Below, in pieces: positions 24,411-35,042 of a stretch of 64,000 bases of DNA (positions are counted from its first letter, which is position 1; each line of letters begins with the position of its first letter). Under the pieces are notes generated by a model that was not told where the DNA came from, did no database searches, and saw only the letters and a program-made list of their open reading frames with translations. The stretch is from contig CAWGMA010000003.1 in the NCBI GenBank assembly GCA_963823555.1, positions 352,001 to 416,000 on the forward strand. Reading direction: 5' to 3'. Source of the stretch: Candidatus Eiseniibacteriota bacterium (GTDB lineage: Bacteria; Eisenbacteria; RBG-16-71-46; CAVPCR01). The position numbers and the translations under genes are program-made.

Positions 24411-24799
24411 TCCAGCGGTCGCGGGTCTGCACTGAAGGGTGGGGGAGACGGAGAAGGGATCTGACGCTCCCCGCGTTCTTCCCTCGCCAGATCCCTCCTC
24501 CGCCTTCCCCCGTCCGCGGCCATGGCCGGGTATTGCAAAGGTCATGCCTCATGGTGGGGCTCGTGATCACCAGCACGCGCTGGCTCCCTTCTCACGGGAG
24601 ATAGGCACCGGTCGCCGCGGGAGCTGCCTTTCTCGGAGCCGCCGCCTGGCCGACATCTGGTGATGCCGTCGACGTTCTTGACCACCCAGTGCGCGGCGCG
24701 CCGGCCGCGCGGCCCTGGCCGGGCGGCCGGGCACATGAGAAGATGGGCCGCGGGCAGCAGCTCGGATCAGTTGGTTTGCGCGGCGAGAGGTCTCGGAAC

Positions 24800-25798
24800 A
24801 TGGTTTCTTCTCCAGTTCGGATCGGGCTCATCGGCGCCGGCCTGCACGGCATCCGATATGCAAAGCACATCGCCAGGGACGTGGCCGAGTCCCGGCTGGT
24901 CGCTCTCACCCGGCGCGATCAGGCCGCGGGAGCCGCGCAAGCGGCCGAGCTCGGTTGCGCCTACGAGCCGGATGTCCGGGCTCTCGTCAGCCGCGATGAC
25001 GTCGATGCTGTCGTCGTGGTCACGCCCCCCGTGGCGCATCTGGAGGCGGTCTTGACCGCGCTGGCGGCCCGGAAGGCCGTGCTCGTGGAGAAGCCGATGG
25101 TGGCCACGGTTGCGGAGGCGGAGGAGCTACGCCTGGCGGCCAGGCAGGCCGGTTGCCAGGTCATGGTGGCGCACACCCTCCGCTACAACACGATGCTGCG
25201 CACGTTGCGAGAGGAACTGCGGGCGCTGGGCGAGATCGTGCAGGTCCGCATGTCGCAGCGCCTCGAGCCGAGCTCGCTCGCCTGGCAGCAAGCGCATCAG
25301 GCGAGCGGCACGGGGTCCATCCTGCTCACCGGCGTGCATCTCTTTGATGCGGTCCGCTGGCTCTTCTCGGATGAGGTGGTGGAGGTGTTCTGTCGTTCGC
25401 GACGGGTGGTCAATCCGGCGCAGGAGGATTTCTTCGCGGCCAGCGTCGTCCTGGCTCGAACACGGATCCATGCCGAGCTCGAGGTCTCGAAGTACACGCA
25501 GAGCCGGAGCTGTCGCATCGAGGTCGTCGGACACAACGGCCAGTTCCTGGGTGACTACTGGAATCATCGTCTCTTCCACGTGAGCGGACGGAGCGAACGC
25601 GCCTGGGCCCTGCCGCCGGAGGTGTTCACCGTCAAGGAGGCGGTGCGTGACTTCTGCCGCCGCCTGATCTCCGGCCGGGAGATGCCGATCACGGTCCTCG
25701 ATGGGCTGCGTACGCTCGAGGTCGCTGAGGCCTGTTATGCCTCGGCCCGGACCGACAGCGTGATCACGCTCGCTCCGGCGCCGGTGGCGAGCGGCTAG
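24800..25798 (+). CDS. Gfo/Idh/MocA oxidoreductase
   Basis: RIGLIGAG, VLVEKPM, GVHLFD motifs. Confidence 0.9.
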   Translation: MVSSPVRIGLIGAGLHGIRYAKHIARDVAESRLVALTRRDQAAGAAQAAELGCAYEPDVRALVSRDDVDAVVVVTPPVAHLEAVLTALAARKAVLVEKPMVATVAEAEELRLAARQAGCQVMVAHTLRYNTMLRTLREELRALGEIVQVRMSQRLEPSSLAWQQAHQASGTGSILLTGVHLFDAVRWLFSDEVVEVFCRSRRVVNPAQEDFFAASVVLARTRIHAELEVSKYTQSRSCRIEVVGHNGQFLGDYWNHRLFHVSGRSERAWALPPEVFTVKEAVRDFCRRLISGREMPITVLDGLRTLEVAEACYASARTDSVITLAPAPVASG

Positions 25799-26135
25799 GG
25801 CCGGCCGGGGCGCCGCCGGCACGCGCTCCCTCCGCCCGGTGCCCCATCCCGCGACACCGATCGCTTCCTGCCGGTGCGCCCGGTCCGCCCCGTCGGTTCC
25901 GGCGGGGCTCGCCCGCCCGCCCGGCTCCCAACCACCCGATCCGTTCCTCAAGTCCGTTCGCGCCCCGGTCGATCCAGTACGTGGCAGAGGGGGTCTCCCG
26001 GTTCGTCCTGCCGGCCGATTCAGCTTGCCCGACACCAGTGCCCTGACCTCCGGAACCCCCTCGCCCTTCCTACCGGTCCCGTTCGCTCGCCGGACGCGGG
26101 TAACCGGGCCGGTGCTCCGCACACGGAGGTAGGGC

Positions 26136-26510
26136 ATGCGCTTCGGAGAATTCCTGCTCAGTCGGGGCCGGATATCCAAGAAGGACATGGACGAGGCCTG
26201 CCGCGCGCAGATCGTGAACAACCATCTGATCGGCGTGCTGGCCATGGATCACGGCATGTTGCGGCCGGACGAGCTCGAGCACATCCTCGACCACCAGGCT
26301 CGCGCCATTGACAAGCCGCGCTTCGGAGAGGTCGCGATCGGGCTCGGCTATCTCGGCCGCGAGGATCTCGAGGAGCTACTCACGATTCAGGCCGAGAACC
26401 GGCTCCGCATCGGAGATGTGCTCGTGCTGCAGTCGCGGCTCACCGAGCAGGAGCTGCTCGCCGAGCTGCGCGCCTACCGCGAGATCATGAGGCAGAACAA
26501 GGTCGCCTAG
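26136..26510 (+). CDS. Stand-alone MshEN-like repeat protein (possible c-di-GMP binder)
   Basis: Four (R/L)(F/I)Gxx(L/A)xxxGx(I/L)...L..Q-like repeats; GGAGG RBS. Confidence 0.65.
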   Translation: MRFGEFLLSRGRISKKDMDEACRAQIVNNHLIGVLAMDHGMLRPDELEHILDHQARAIDKPRFGEVAIGLGYLGREDLEELLTIQAENRLRIGDVLVLQSRLTEQELLAELRAYREIMRQNKVA

Positions 26511-26562
26511 GATCAGCGTCGTCTCCCGGTCCATGAGGTGAGGCGCAACATCGTCCCGGTTC

Positions 26563-27657
26563 CTATCCCGGGACGAAGCGGATCGGAATGTGCCCGGCCG
26601 CGCTCTCGACGACGTGGACCGCGATCCGGCCGGCCAGCACCGATGCGGTCTCACGAAAGGCCGCGCTCGCCGGCGAGTCGGGATGGGAGACGATCATCGG
26701 CGTTCCCGCGTCGCCTCCGGCCCGGATGCGGGGATCGATCGGAATCGATCCCAGGAAGGGAATGTCGAGCTGCCGGGCGGCCCGCTCGCCGCCGTCGCGC
26801 GCGAAGATGTCGTGCACCGCATTGCAGCTCGGGCAGACGAAGCTCGACATGTTCTCGATGAGACCCAGGGTCGTGATGTTCACCTTGTCGAACATTCGCT
26901 TGGCGCGCACCACATCGGCCAGAGCCACCTCCTGCGGCGTGGTGACGACGACCGCTCCCGTCACCGGCACGCGCTGGGCGAGCGTGAGCTGCACGTCGCC
27001 GGTTCCCGGCGGCAGATCGACGACCAGGTAGTCGAGCTCGCCCCAGGCCACGTCGCGCAGGAGCTGGATCACGGCGCCGTTCAGCATCGGGCCGCGCCAG
27101 ATCATCGCCTGCTCGGGATCCACGAGGTAGCCGATCGACATCACCTCGATGCCGTGGCCGGTGAGCGGGCGCACGCGCTGATCCGCGTCGAGCATGGGCG
27201 GATCCTTGATCCCCATCATGATCGGGATCGACGGGCCATAGATGTCGGCGTCGAGGAGACCCACCCGCGCTCCCGCCTGCGCCAGGGCCACCGCCAGGTT
27301 CACGGCCACCGTGGACTTGCCGACTCCTCCCTTGCCCGAGGCCACGAGCACCGTGTTCTTGACCGTCGGGATCAGGTTCTCTGCTCCCGGCGCTCCGGTC
27401 AGCCCCCGCACCTCGGCTCCGAAGCGCACTTCCACCGCCGTGACGCCGGGGAGATTCTTCACGGCTCGCTCGCAATCGGCCTGGATCTCCGCTTTCAGCG
27501 GGCAGGCGGGCGTCGTGAGCTCGACGAGGAAGGACACCCGACCGTCATCGACCCGGACGTCCTTGATCATGCCGAGCTCGACCAGCGAGCGCTTGAGCTC
27601 GGGGTCGGGGACTGGCTTGAGGGCGGCAAGCACCGCCTCCGTGGTGAGGTTGTTCAT
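26563..27657 (-). CDS. mrp: Mrp/ApbC/NBP35 Fe-S cluster carrier ATPase
   Basis: LTTPACP, SGKGGVGKST, DADIYGPS, DLPPGTGD, CPSC. Confidence 0.95.
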   Translation of the reverse strand: MNNLTTEAVLAALKPVPDPELKRSLVELGMIKDVRVDDGRVSFLVELTTPACPLKAEIQADCERAVKNLPGVTAVEVRFGAEVRGLTGAPGAENLIPTVKNTVLVASGKGGVGKSTVAVNLAVALAQAGARVGLLDADIYGPSIPIMMGIKDPPMLDADQRVRPLTGHGIEVMSIGYLVDPEQAMIWRGPMLNGAVIQLLRDVAWGELDYLVVDLPPGTGDVQLTLAQRVPVTGAVVVTTPQEVALADVVRAKRMFDKVNITTLGLIENMSSFVCPSCNAVHDIFARDGGERAARQLDIPFLGSIPIDPRIRAGGDAGTPMIVSHPDSPASAAFRETASVLAGRIAVHVVESAAGHIPIRFVPG

Positions 27658-27921
27658 GCTCAGATCTCGCGGATTGGAGTTGAGGGAGGGCTCTTCGCGC
27701 AGGCAGCCTGGTGCGCGCGGGAAATCCATGATGGCGCTCTGGGATGCTAGCTCGGATGCCGGTCCTTGCCAATGCCTGACGACTCCTCCCGGAGAAGGAC
27801 GATCAGCCCAAGGCGGAAGCCGAGCCAGCAGTTGCGCCGGTCGGGACTCGTCACTAAGATCCAGTTCCTTCCCCCGGTGACTCGCCGGAATTCACGGTCG
27901 AGAAAGAGACTGGTCGCCCCG

Positions 27922-29829
27922 ATGAACAAGGTCGTTCTCCTCATCCTCGCCATCGCGGTGGCGGCCTTCCTGGCCGCCCGCCATGCCCCGCTCGATCCCC
28001 TGCCCGCGACCTCGCCGCGGCTGAGCCCGCTCGACGGCGGGCTCGCTGTTCCCGGCGGCCTGGTGGGCGCGGGGGCGAGCGCCGCCATCACGAGGGCGGA
28101 TCTCCAGGCCTGCGTCCGGGTGCTGGCCAGTGATGAGATGGAGGGAAGGCGGACCGGAGAGCCCGGTGCCGAGCGCGCGGCCCATTACCTGGAGACCGAG
28201 TTCCGCCGCTTCGGGCTCCGCCCCGGCGGCGATGGCGGAAGCTACCGGCAGCGCTTCGTCGCCCAGCTCGGAGCCCGGCCCGGTGAGAAGAACCGGTTGA
28301 CCCTCCTCGCGGCCGGCCGATCCATCGATCTCGCGCTCGATCGCGAGTGGCGCCCGTTCGCCTTCGCCACACCAACTCGTGGCCAACTACGTGCACCCGT
28401 TGTTTTTTGCGGCTACGGCATCACGAGCCGTGATCCCGCCTACGATGACTACGCCGGTCAGGACGTCGCGGGCAAGGTGGTCCTTCTCTTCCGCTTCGAG
28501 CCAGGGGTCGATGACTCGTTGAGTGCGTTCGATGGCACCCGGCTCACGATCCACGCCGATCTGCGCAACAAGGCCAAGAATGCGCTTGATCACGGCGCCA
28601 TCGGCGTCCTTGCCATCACCCCGCCGGGGCACAAGGACGACCTTTTGCCCTTCGATGGAAGTGACGAGGCCGGAAGCGGCCATCTTCCAGCGGCCCAGAT
28701 CCGTTCGGACGTGCTGGCCCGCGTGCTGGCCGGCGTCGATCTGGCGGCCGCGGCGGCGCGCATCGACGCCAGCGTCGAGCCCGCGTCCTTCGCGCTCGAT
28801 CTCGAGGTGGCCATGACCATCGGTGTCGAGCCCGTGACGGGCGAAGCATGGAACGTCGTCGGCATCCTGGGCGGCAGCGATCCAGACAGCCAGGCGACCG
28901 CGATCGTGCTCGGAGCCCACTACGATCACCTCGGGCGCGGCGGGCGGGGCTCGATGGCGCCCGGCGCGACCGAGATCCACAACGGGGCGGATGACAACGC
29001 TTCGGGAGTTGCGGCCCTCCTCGAGATCGCCGGCGCCATGGCCGGCGAGGAAGCCCCGGCACGATCGATCGTGTTCGTGGCCTTCACCGGGGAGGAGATG
29101 GGTCTCCTCGGTTCCAGCCGCTACGTCGAGGATCCGCCGTGGCCCATCGCTGCGACGCGCGCCATGATCAATCTCGACATGATCGGACGCGGCCCCGAGC
29201 GTCAGATCCAGGTGTCCGGCGTTGGCACCTCGCCGCGCTTCCGCGAGCTCGTCGCGAGCGCCGCGGCGGCGGAAGGGTTGACCCCTGTCTTCAACGAGGG
29301 TGGATACGGGCCGAGCGACCATACGCCCTTCTATGCGCAGAATCTCCCGGTGCTCTTCTTCTTCACGGCCCCGCACGAGGACTATCACCGCCCGAGCGAT
29401 GACTGGGAGAGGCTCGACTACTCGTTCCTCGAGTCGGCGACCCGGCTCGCGGCGAAGGTGGCGGGAGACCTGGCCGGCGGGGCGCCGATCGAGTTCGCGC
29501 GTGCTGACGGGGGGCTGCCCCGCGGCGGGGAGCGCGGGGGCGAGGGCTACGGGGGACGCGGCTACGGGCCCTATCTGGGCACGGTTCCCGACTTCACGCC
29601 CGTCGAACGCGGGATCCGGCTCTCCGGTGTGCGCGAGGGATCCCCGGCCGAGGCGGCAGGGATCCAAGGGGGGGATATCATCGTCGGCTGGGAGGGGCGG
29701 CCCATCCTCAACATGAAGGACTATTCCCAGGCCCTCAAGAGCCATCGCCCGGGAGATCGGGTCGAGATCTCTATCTTGCGCGATGACAAAGAGATATCGG
29801 TTTCAGCGACCCTCGCCGAGCGGCACTAG
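27922..29829 (+). CDS. M28 family peptidase with PA and PDZ domains
   Basis: GAHYDHLG, GADDNASG, GEEMGLLGS, NLDMIG, SDH, YHRPSD; C-terminal YLGTVPD PDZ. Confidence 0.92.
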   Translation: MNKVVLLILAIAVAAFLAARHAPLDPLPATSPRLSPLDGGLAVPGGLVGAGASAAITRADLQACVRVLASDEMEGRRTGEPGAERAAHYLETEFRRFGLRPGGDGGSYRQRFVAQLGARPGEKNRLTLLAAGRSIDLALDREWRPFAFATPTRGQLRAPVVFCGYGITSRDPAYDDYAGQDVAGKVVLLFRFEPGVDDSLSAFDGTRLTIHADLRNKAKNALDHGAIGVLAITPPGHKDDLLPFDGSDEAGSGHLPAAQIRSDVLARVLAGVDLAAAAARIDASVEPASFALDLEVAMTIGVEPVTGEAWNVVGILGGSDPDSQATAIVLGAHYDHLGRGGRGSMAPGATEIHNGADDNASGVAALLEIAGAMAGEEAPARSIVFVAFTGEEMGLLGSSRYVEDPPWPIAATRAMINLDMIGRGPERQIQVSGVGTSPRFRELVASAAAAEGLTPVFNEGGYGPSDHTPFYAQNLPVLFFFTAPHEDYHRPSDDWERLDYSFLESATRLAAKVAGDLAGGAPIEFARADGGLPRGGERGGEGYGGRGYGPYLGTVPDFTPVERGIRLSGVREGSPAEAAGIQGGDIIVGWEGRPILNMKDYSQALKSHRPGDRVEISILRDDKEISVSATLAERH

Positions 29830-30194
29830 CGGGTGCGGGCCGTCCTGCCTTCAGGGTCCTGACCGGGGAGGAGCCCCGGCGGGTCATCGTTGACCCCAGG
29901 GCGGGGACCGGTCATACTCTCGGGCTTTGCGCCCTGGTCGCGGGCGGTCCAAGGCACATTTCGACAAACGCTTAGAGCTCCAGCGTGAGGCCAGGGGGGG
30001 AGCCCGGCGGGTCAGGCAGGACGGTGTGAAATCGGGTATCCCGGGGAACCGCGAGGCCCGCTGCGGGGATCATAAGCAGATTCGGCCCCGCGATCATCGT
30101 AAGAGGCGTTCGATCCAGGCGTCCGAGCCCTCCGTAGGAAGAGAAGCCCTCCCTCTCCAGGCGCCCCGCGGGTCCGGCAATCGAATAGGACAAG

Positions 30195-32045
30195 ATGGCG
30201 CGCTTTCGCGACACGGCTTTCTACCAAGTCTACCTGTGGCTGACCTCGGTCAAGCTGACCGTGGTCCTGCTTGCGATCATCCTCATCGCCCTCATCGCGG
30301 GCACGGTCTTCGAAGCCAACCGCGGTACGGCGGCCGCCCAGTTCCTCTTCTACAACTCCCGCTGGTTCGACGCGCTGCTCATCTTCTTCGCGATCAATCT
30401 GACGTGCTGCACCATTCGCCGCTTCAAGCGCCGGTTATCGCAGATCGGTTTCATCACCACGCATATCGGCGTGATGGTGATTCTCATCGGCGGTCTCATG
30501 AGCCGCAACATGAAGATCGAGGGGCAGCTCATCATTCCCGAGGGCGAATCGAGGAGCTCCATCCTCCTCAGTGACAATGTGCTGACCGTGAGCACGTTGA
30601 TGAACGGCGAGCGCGTGACGCGCGAGTACGATACGCATTACGACAAGCTCGGCGGGCGCACCGAGGTCCAAGATGTGTTCCGCGTGCCGGAAGGCGATAT
30701 CGAGCTCGTGGTCGACCGCTTCTATCCCGACTTCCGCGCCGAGGACAAGCTCGAGGACACCAACCCCGAGCGCAATCCGGCGCTCGAGTTCGTGGTGCAC
30801 GGCTTCGGGGGCGAGCAGACGACGGCCATCTTCGCCGATTCGAAGCTGAGCCGGCAGCCCGGTGTGGCGCCCGTCACCATGAGCTTCGTCGAGGCTCCGG
30901 ACGCCGCCGCCATGGAGCGAGAGCTGGGGCCGCGGGGTCCGGAGACGAGCTCGGGGCTGGGTCAAGTCCAGGTGGAGCTCACGACCGGAACCAAGCTCCA
31001 GATCCCGGTCGACGGGGGTCTCGGGCGGCCGCACTCGCCGCCGGGTTCAAGCATCCAGGTGACCATCGAGGCCTTCTACCCGCATTTCCTCTTCACCGGC
31101 CAGGAGTACTCGAGCCGTTCGCCGGCGATGGCGAACCCCGCGGTCGTGGTCGATGTCACCGGTCCGGGTGGCATCCATGAGCGCCATCTCCTCTTCAGTG
31201 ACAACCCGGATGTCAACGTCAACCACCGCGATGGCGGCGAACTGACCAAGGCCGTGACCTATCGCCGTGAGAGCGGCGTCCCGGAGATCGCCGGCGAGGT
31301 CAAGTTCATCCGTGGACCGGATGGCGCGATCCACTTCGTTGCCCGCGGCGCCGGGGGCAAGGACGGCGCCGTGAGACAGGGCACGATCGCCATCGACAGC
31401 GAGGCCGGCTACCCGGAGACGGGGAGTACCTTCAAGCTGGCGCGCGTGCTCGACCACGCGCGCTTCGAGCAGCGCGTGTGGAATGCGGGGCGCGAGGCCC
31501 GCAACCCGGCGTTGCATGCGACGCTCCGGAGCGGCGAGGAGGAGCGCTCGCTGTGGGTGGGTGTCGGCGCTGCGCGCGAGATCATGCTCGGCGACATCCC
31601 CGTCGTCCTCGATTACGGCGCCAAGCAGCATGCCCTCGGGTTCAACGTCAAGCTCGAGGACTTCCGCGAGATCAACTATCCCGGGATCAGCATGGCGCAG
31701 TCCTTCGAGTCCGATGTCATCGTCACCGCGCCGGACAAGACGTTCTCCCGTATGATCTCGATGAACAACCCGCTCAAGGTCCATGGCTACAAACTATTCC
31801 AGTCGAGCTTCCAGCGTGGGGCGCGCGAGACCTCCATCTTCTCGGTGGCGCGGGACCCCGGTGTTCCCGTCGTGTATGCCGGAAGCCTCATTCTCGTGGT
31901 GGGTTTGATTCTGATCTTCTTCGTGAAGCCCTATCTGATCCGTACGGGATCGGAGCGGGGTGTCGTGCCGCCCGGTGAAGGCGCAGCAGGGGTGGCGGAT
32001 GGGACGCACCTGCACACGGTCGCCAGTCCTGGCCCTGGGAGGTAG
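30195..32045 (+). CDS. resB: Cytochrome c biogenesis protein ResB/CcsB (system II)
   Basis: N-terminal TMs, THIG, ISMNNPLKVHGYKLFQSSF, RDPG + TM. Confidence 0.85.
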   Translation: MARFRDTAFYQVYLWLTSVKLTVVLLAIILIALIAGTVFEANRGTAAAQFLFYNSRWFDALLIFFAINLTCCTIRRFKRRLSQIGFITTHIGVMVILIGGLMSRNMKIEGQLIIPEGESRSSILLSDNVLTVSTLMNGERVTREYDTHYDKLGGRTEVQDVFRVPEGDIELVVDRFYPDFRAEDKLEDTNPERNPALEFVVHGFGGEQTTAIFADSKLSRQPGVAPVTMSFVEAPDAAAMERELGPRGPETSSGLGQVQVELTTGTKLQIPVDGGLGRPHSPPGSSIQVTIEAFYPHFLFTGQEYSSRSPAMANPAVVVDVTGPGGIHERHLLFSDNPDVNVNHRDGGELTKAVTYRRESGVPEIAGEVKFIRGPDGAIHFVARGAGGKDGAVRQGTIAIDSEAGYPETGSTFKLARVLDHARFEQRVWNAGREARNPALHATLRSGEEERSLWVGVGAAREIMLGDIPVVLDYGAKQHALGFNVKLEDFREINYPGISMAQSFESDVIVTAPDKTFSRMISMNNPLKVHGYKLFQSSFQRGARETSIFSVARDPGVPVVYAGSLILVVGLILIFFVKPYLIRTGSERGVVPPGEGAAGVADGTHLHTVASPGPGR

Positions 32046-32053
32046 TCAAGCCA

Positions 32054-33724
32054 ATGTCAGCTAGCACACGCACAGGTCTCCTCGGTCTGCTTCTTGCCGT
32101 CGTGGTCGCAGCCGGTGTTCTCACCGCCCCCCCACCGGCCCGCGCCGACCGCGTAGATTACTCCGAGGCCGAATGGATCGTCGCGCAGAGTGGTGGGCGG
32201 CTGAAGCCGCTCGACAGCTACGCCCGAGAGACCTCCCGTGAGATCACCGGCAAGCTGAGCTTCGACGGCATGAGCTCGATGGACCTTCTCTTCACGCTCG
32301 CCTTCGATGGCGAGTCGCTCCTCGACAAGGAAATGCTCAAGATCGGGTTCCAACCGTTCAAGGAGCGGGTCGGGCTCGATCTCAACCGGAAGCGCTTCTC
32401 GTATCGGGAACTGGTCGAGAATCAGGAGCTGATGACGCTCGTCGATCAGGTGCGCGAGAAGCAGCACGGGGGCGGCGATCTCGATCGCCTCGAGCGCGAG
32501 GTGTCGGCGGTCTACGGCCGCCTGGTCGAGATGAGCATGATCATGAACGGTGAGCTACCGCACCTGGTGCCGACCACGGGCCAGGGCCCGGGCGAGTGGC
32601 TGTCGGTGCCCGCGGTGGCTTCCGCTCCGGCGATCGGCGGCAAGATCACCGGCCCCTGGGAGGCGATGCAGAGCGCCTTCCGCGCCGGGGACAGCTCCGG
32701 ATTCCGCCAGGCGAGCGCCGAGCTACGGGCTGCGCTGCGGGAGATCGGCGGCCAGAGCTATCCGCAAGAGAGCCGACTGGGTCTCGAGCTCCAGTACAAC
32801 CACATCCGGCCGCATCTCGTGGCCCAGCTACCCTATCTCCTGGCCGCGGTCGGCTTCCTGTTCGGGTTCGCGGTGAAGAAGCGCTGGCTCTACGTGAGCT
32901 CGACCCTTCTTCTCCTCCTCGGCTTCGCCATCCAGACCTATGGTCTCGTGCTGCGCACGATCCTCACCGGCCGCGCTCCGGTCGGCAACATGTACGAGGC
33001 GCTGATCTTCATCGGCTGGGGAGTCGTCGGCCTGGCCATGTTCCTCGAGCTCATGAGCCGCACCCGGATCAACGGCGCGATGGCCGGCATCGCCGGCTTC
33101 GTGGTGCTCGTCCTGGCCAACTTCTTGCCGCTCGACTCGGCGATCAGTCCCCTGGTCGCCGTGCTCAACGCGACCTGGCTGCAATACCACGTCACCACCA
33201 TCCTCTTCGGGGATTCGGCGCTGACCCTGGCCGCGGCGGTGGCACACTTCATCATGTTCGCGCAGATCTTCGCGCCTCAGAAGCGAGATGTCCGGCGTCA
33301 TGCCATGAACATCATGTACCGGGCGATCCAGGTCGGGGTGCTCTGCCTCGCGGCCGGGATCATCTTCGGTGCCATCTGGGCCAACGCGTCGTGGGGCCGC
33401 TACTGGGGCTGGGATCCGAAGGAGACCTGGGCGCTGATCACGCTCATCGGCTTCCTGGTGGTTCTGCACGGGAGGCAGGCCGGATGGCTCCGTGAGCGCG
33501 GCCAGGTCCTGCTCACGGTCCTCGGCCTCCAGCTCCTGGTGTTCACGGTCTACGGCGTCAACTACTTCCTCGTCGGATTGCATAGCTACGCCGGCGGCAG
33601 CGCCTCATTGCAGATGCCGCCGCTTCTGGCCGGCTATCTCGTGATCGAGGCCATCATCGTGGTCGCCTATGTGCGGGCGTGCCGCAAGAGCAGCGAGCTG
33701 GTGCGGGCACCCATGGCCTCCTAG
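32054..33724 (+). CDS. ccsA: Cytochrome c biogenesis protein CcsA/ResC
   Basis: [18 protein letters not shown] (WWD) motif; GLHSYA. Confidence 0.93.
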   Translation: MSASTRTGLLGLLLAVVVAAGVLTAPPPARADRVDYSEAEWIVAQSGGRLKPLDSYARETSREITGKLSFDGMSSMDLLFTLAFDGESLLDKEMLKIGFQPFKERVGLDLNRKRFSYRELVENQELMTLVDQVREKQHGGGDLDRLEREVSAVYGRLVEMSMIMNGELPHLVPTTGQGPGEWLSVPAVASAPAIGGKITGPWEAMQSAFRAGDSSGFRQASAELRAALREIGGQSYPQESRLGLELQYNHIRPHLVAQLPYLLAAVGFLFGFAVKKRWLYVSSTLLLLLGFAIQTYGLVLRTILTGRAPVGNMYEALIFIGWGVVGLAMFLELMSRTRINGAMAGIAGFVVLVLANFLPLDSAISPLVAVLNATWLQYHVTTILFGDSALTLAAAVAHFIMFAQIFAPQKRDVRRHAMNIMYRAIQVGVLCLAAGIIFGAIWANASWGRYWGWDPKETWALITLIGFLVVLHGRQAGWLRERGQVLLTVLGLQLLVFTVYGVNYFLVGLHSYAGGSASLQMPPLLAGYLVIEAIIVVAYVRACRKSSELVRAPMAS

Positions 33725-33762
33725 CCGAGATGGAGCCGAGAGCCAGCAAGGAGAGAGTCGAC

Positions 33763-34353
33763 ATGGCAGGCGCATCGACCAGCACTCGGGGGACGATCCC
33801 GATCGCAACCTACGGCCAACCGGCGCCGCCAAAGGGCGAGGTCGCGGCCGGCATGCCCGGGCAATGGCTCACGACTCGCATCGATGACTTCATCAACTGG
33901 GCGCGGGGCAACTCCCTCTGGCCCATGACCTACGGCACGGCCTGCTGCGGGATCGAGGTCATGTCGGTCGTATCCTCGCACTACGATCTGGCCCGCTTCG
34001 GGTTCGAGGTCATCCGCTTCTCGCCGCGCCAGGCTGATCTCCTCATCGTCGCCGGGACGGTGGTCGACAAGCTGGCCCCGGTGATGAAGACCGTCTATCA
34101 GCAGATGCCCGATCCCAAGTGGGTGATCGCGATGGGCGCTTGCGCCACGTCAGGAGGCTTCTACCGCGCCTATCACGTGCTCCAGGGTGTGGACGAGATC
34201 ATCCCGGTCGATGTCTACGTGCCGGGATGCCCGCCGACGCCGGAGGGGCTCCTGTACGGCATTCTCGAGCTCAAGAAGAAGATCGAGCGCGGAGAGACCC
34301 GGCCGCAGATCCAGGCCCGCGAGCGCGCGGCCAAGGCCGAGCGCCAGGGGTAG
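33763..34353 (+). CDS. nuoB: NADH-quinone oxidoreductase subunit B
   Basis: [29 protein letters not shown]. Confidence 0.95.
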   Translation: MAGASTSTRGTIPIATYGQPAPPKGEVAAGMPGQWLTTRIDDFINWARGNSLWPMTYGTACCGIEVMSVVSSHYDLARFGFEVIRFSPRQADLLIVAGTVVDKLAPVMKTVYQQMPDPKWVIAMGACATSGGFYRAYHVLQGVDEIIPVDVYVPGCPPTPEGLLYGILELKKKIERGETRPQIQARERAAKAERQG

Positions 34354-34380
34354 GTTCGTCCGTCGCCTCGGCGACCGGGC

Positions 34381-34974
34381 GTGGGGGAAGGAGGGGAAGG
34401 CGTGAACGAGATGATCGAGAACCCGGCGGGCGACGGAGCGCCGGGCGGCCCGGTGGCGAGCGAGCGCGTGACCGCGCGCCTGCTCCGGCAGGAGCTCGGT
34501 CACGGGGTGCTCGAGGCGAGCGAGACCCATGGCGATCTCGCCATCCGCCTCGATCCCGCGGCGCTGCTCGCGGCGGCCCGCCTCCTCAAGGAACACCCCG
34601 ATCTCGACTACAACTACCTCATGGATATCGCCGCGGTGGACTACATGGGTGAGGACCCGCGCTTCGAGGTGGTCTACAACCTCTACTCGCTCCGCCACGG
34701 CCACCGCGTCCGGCTCCGCGTGCGGGTGGCGGAGGACGAGCCGATCCTCGATTCGCTCTATCCCCTGTGGCCGGCGGCCGACTGGTTCGAGCGCGAGGCC
34801 TGGGATCTCATGGGGATCGTGTTCCGCGGCCATCCGCGCCTGGTGCGCATCCTGACTCACGCGGAGTTCATCGGGCACGCATTGCGCAAGGACTATCACC
34901 CGGCGGAGCGGCACAGATTGTCGCGACCGTACGATCTGTTCAGCGAGGAGAAGGCGGGGGCGCCGCCCGACTAG
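34381..34974 (+). CDS. nuoC: NADH-quinone oxidoreductase subunit C
   Basis: RFEVVYNLYS, WFEREAWDLMGI.F.GHP, GHALRKDY; start uncertain. Confidence 0.93.
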   Translation: MGEGGEGVNEMIENPAGDGAPGGPVASERVTARLLRQELGHGVLEASETHGDLAIRLDPAALLAAARLLKEHPDLDYNYLMDIAAVDYMGEDPRFEVVYNLYSLRHGHRVRLRVRVAEDEPILDSLYPLWPAADWFEREAWDLMGIVFRGHPRLVRILTHAEFIGHALRKDYHPAERHRLSRPYDLFSEEKAGAPPD

Positions 34975-35042
34975 GCGCCACCCGGGCGACGGGGTCAGGC
35001 GCGCCGCATGAACCGCGGGGCGTCAGCGAGCGAAAGAAAGCC

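Noticed and set aside
29830..30194. Possible tmRNA, SRP RNA or cobalamin riboswitch in the intergenic region before resB
   Set aside because: Only scattered GC hairpins and partial look-alike words; I could not match a full consensus. An Rfam scan would settle it.
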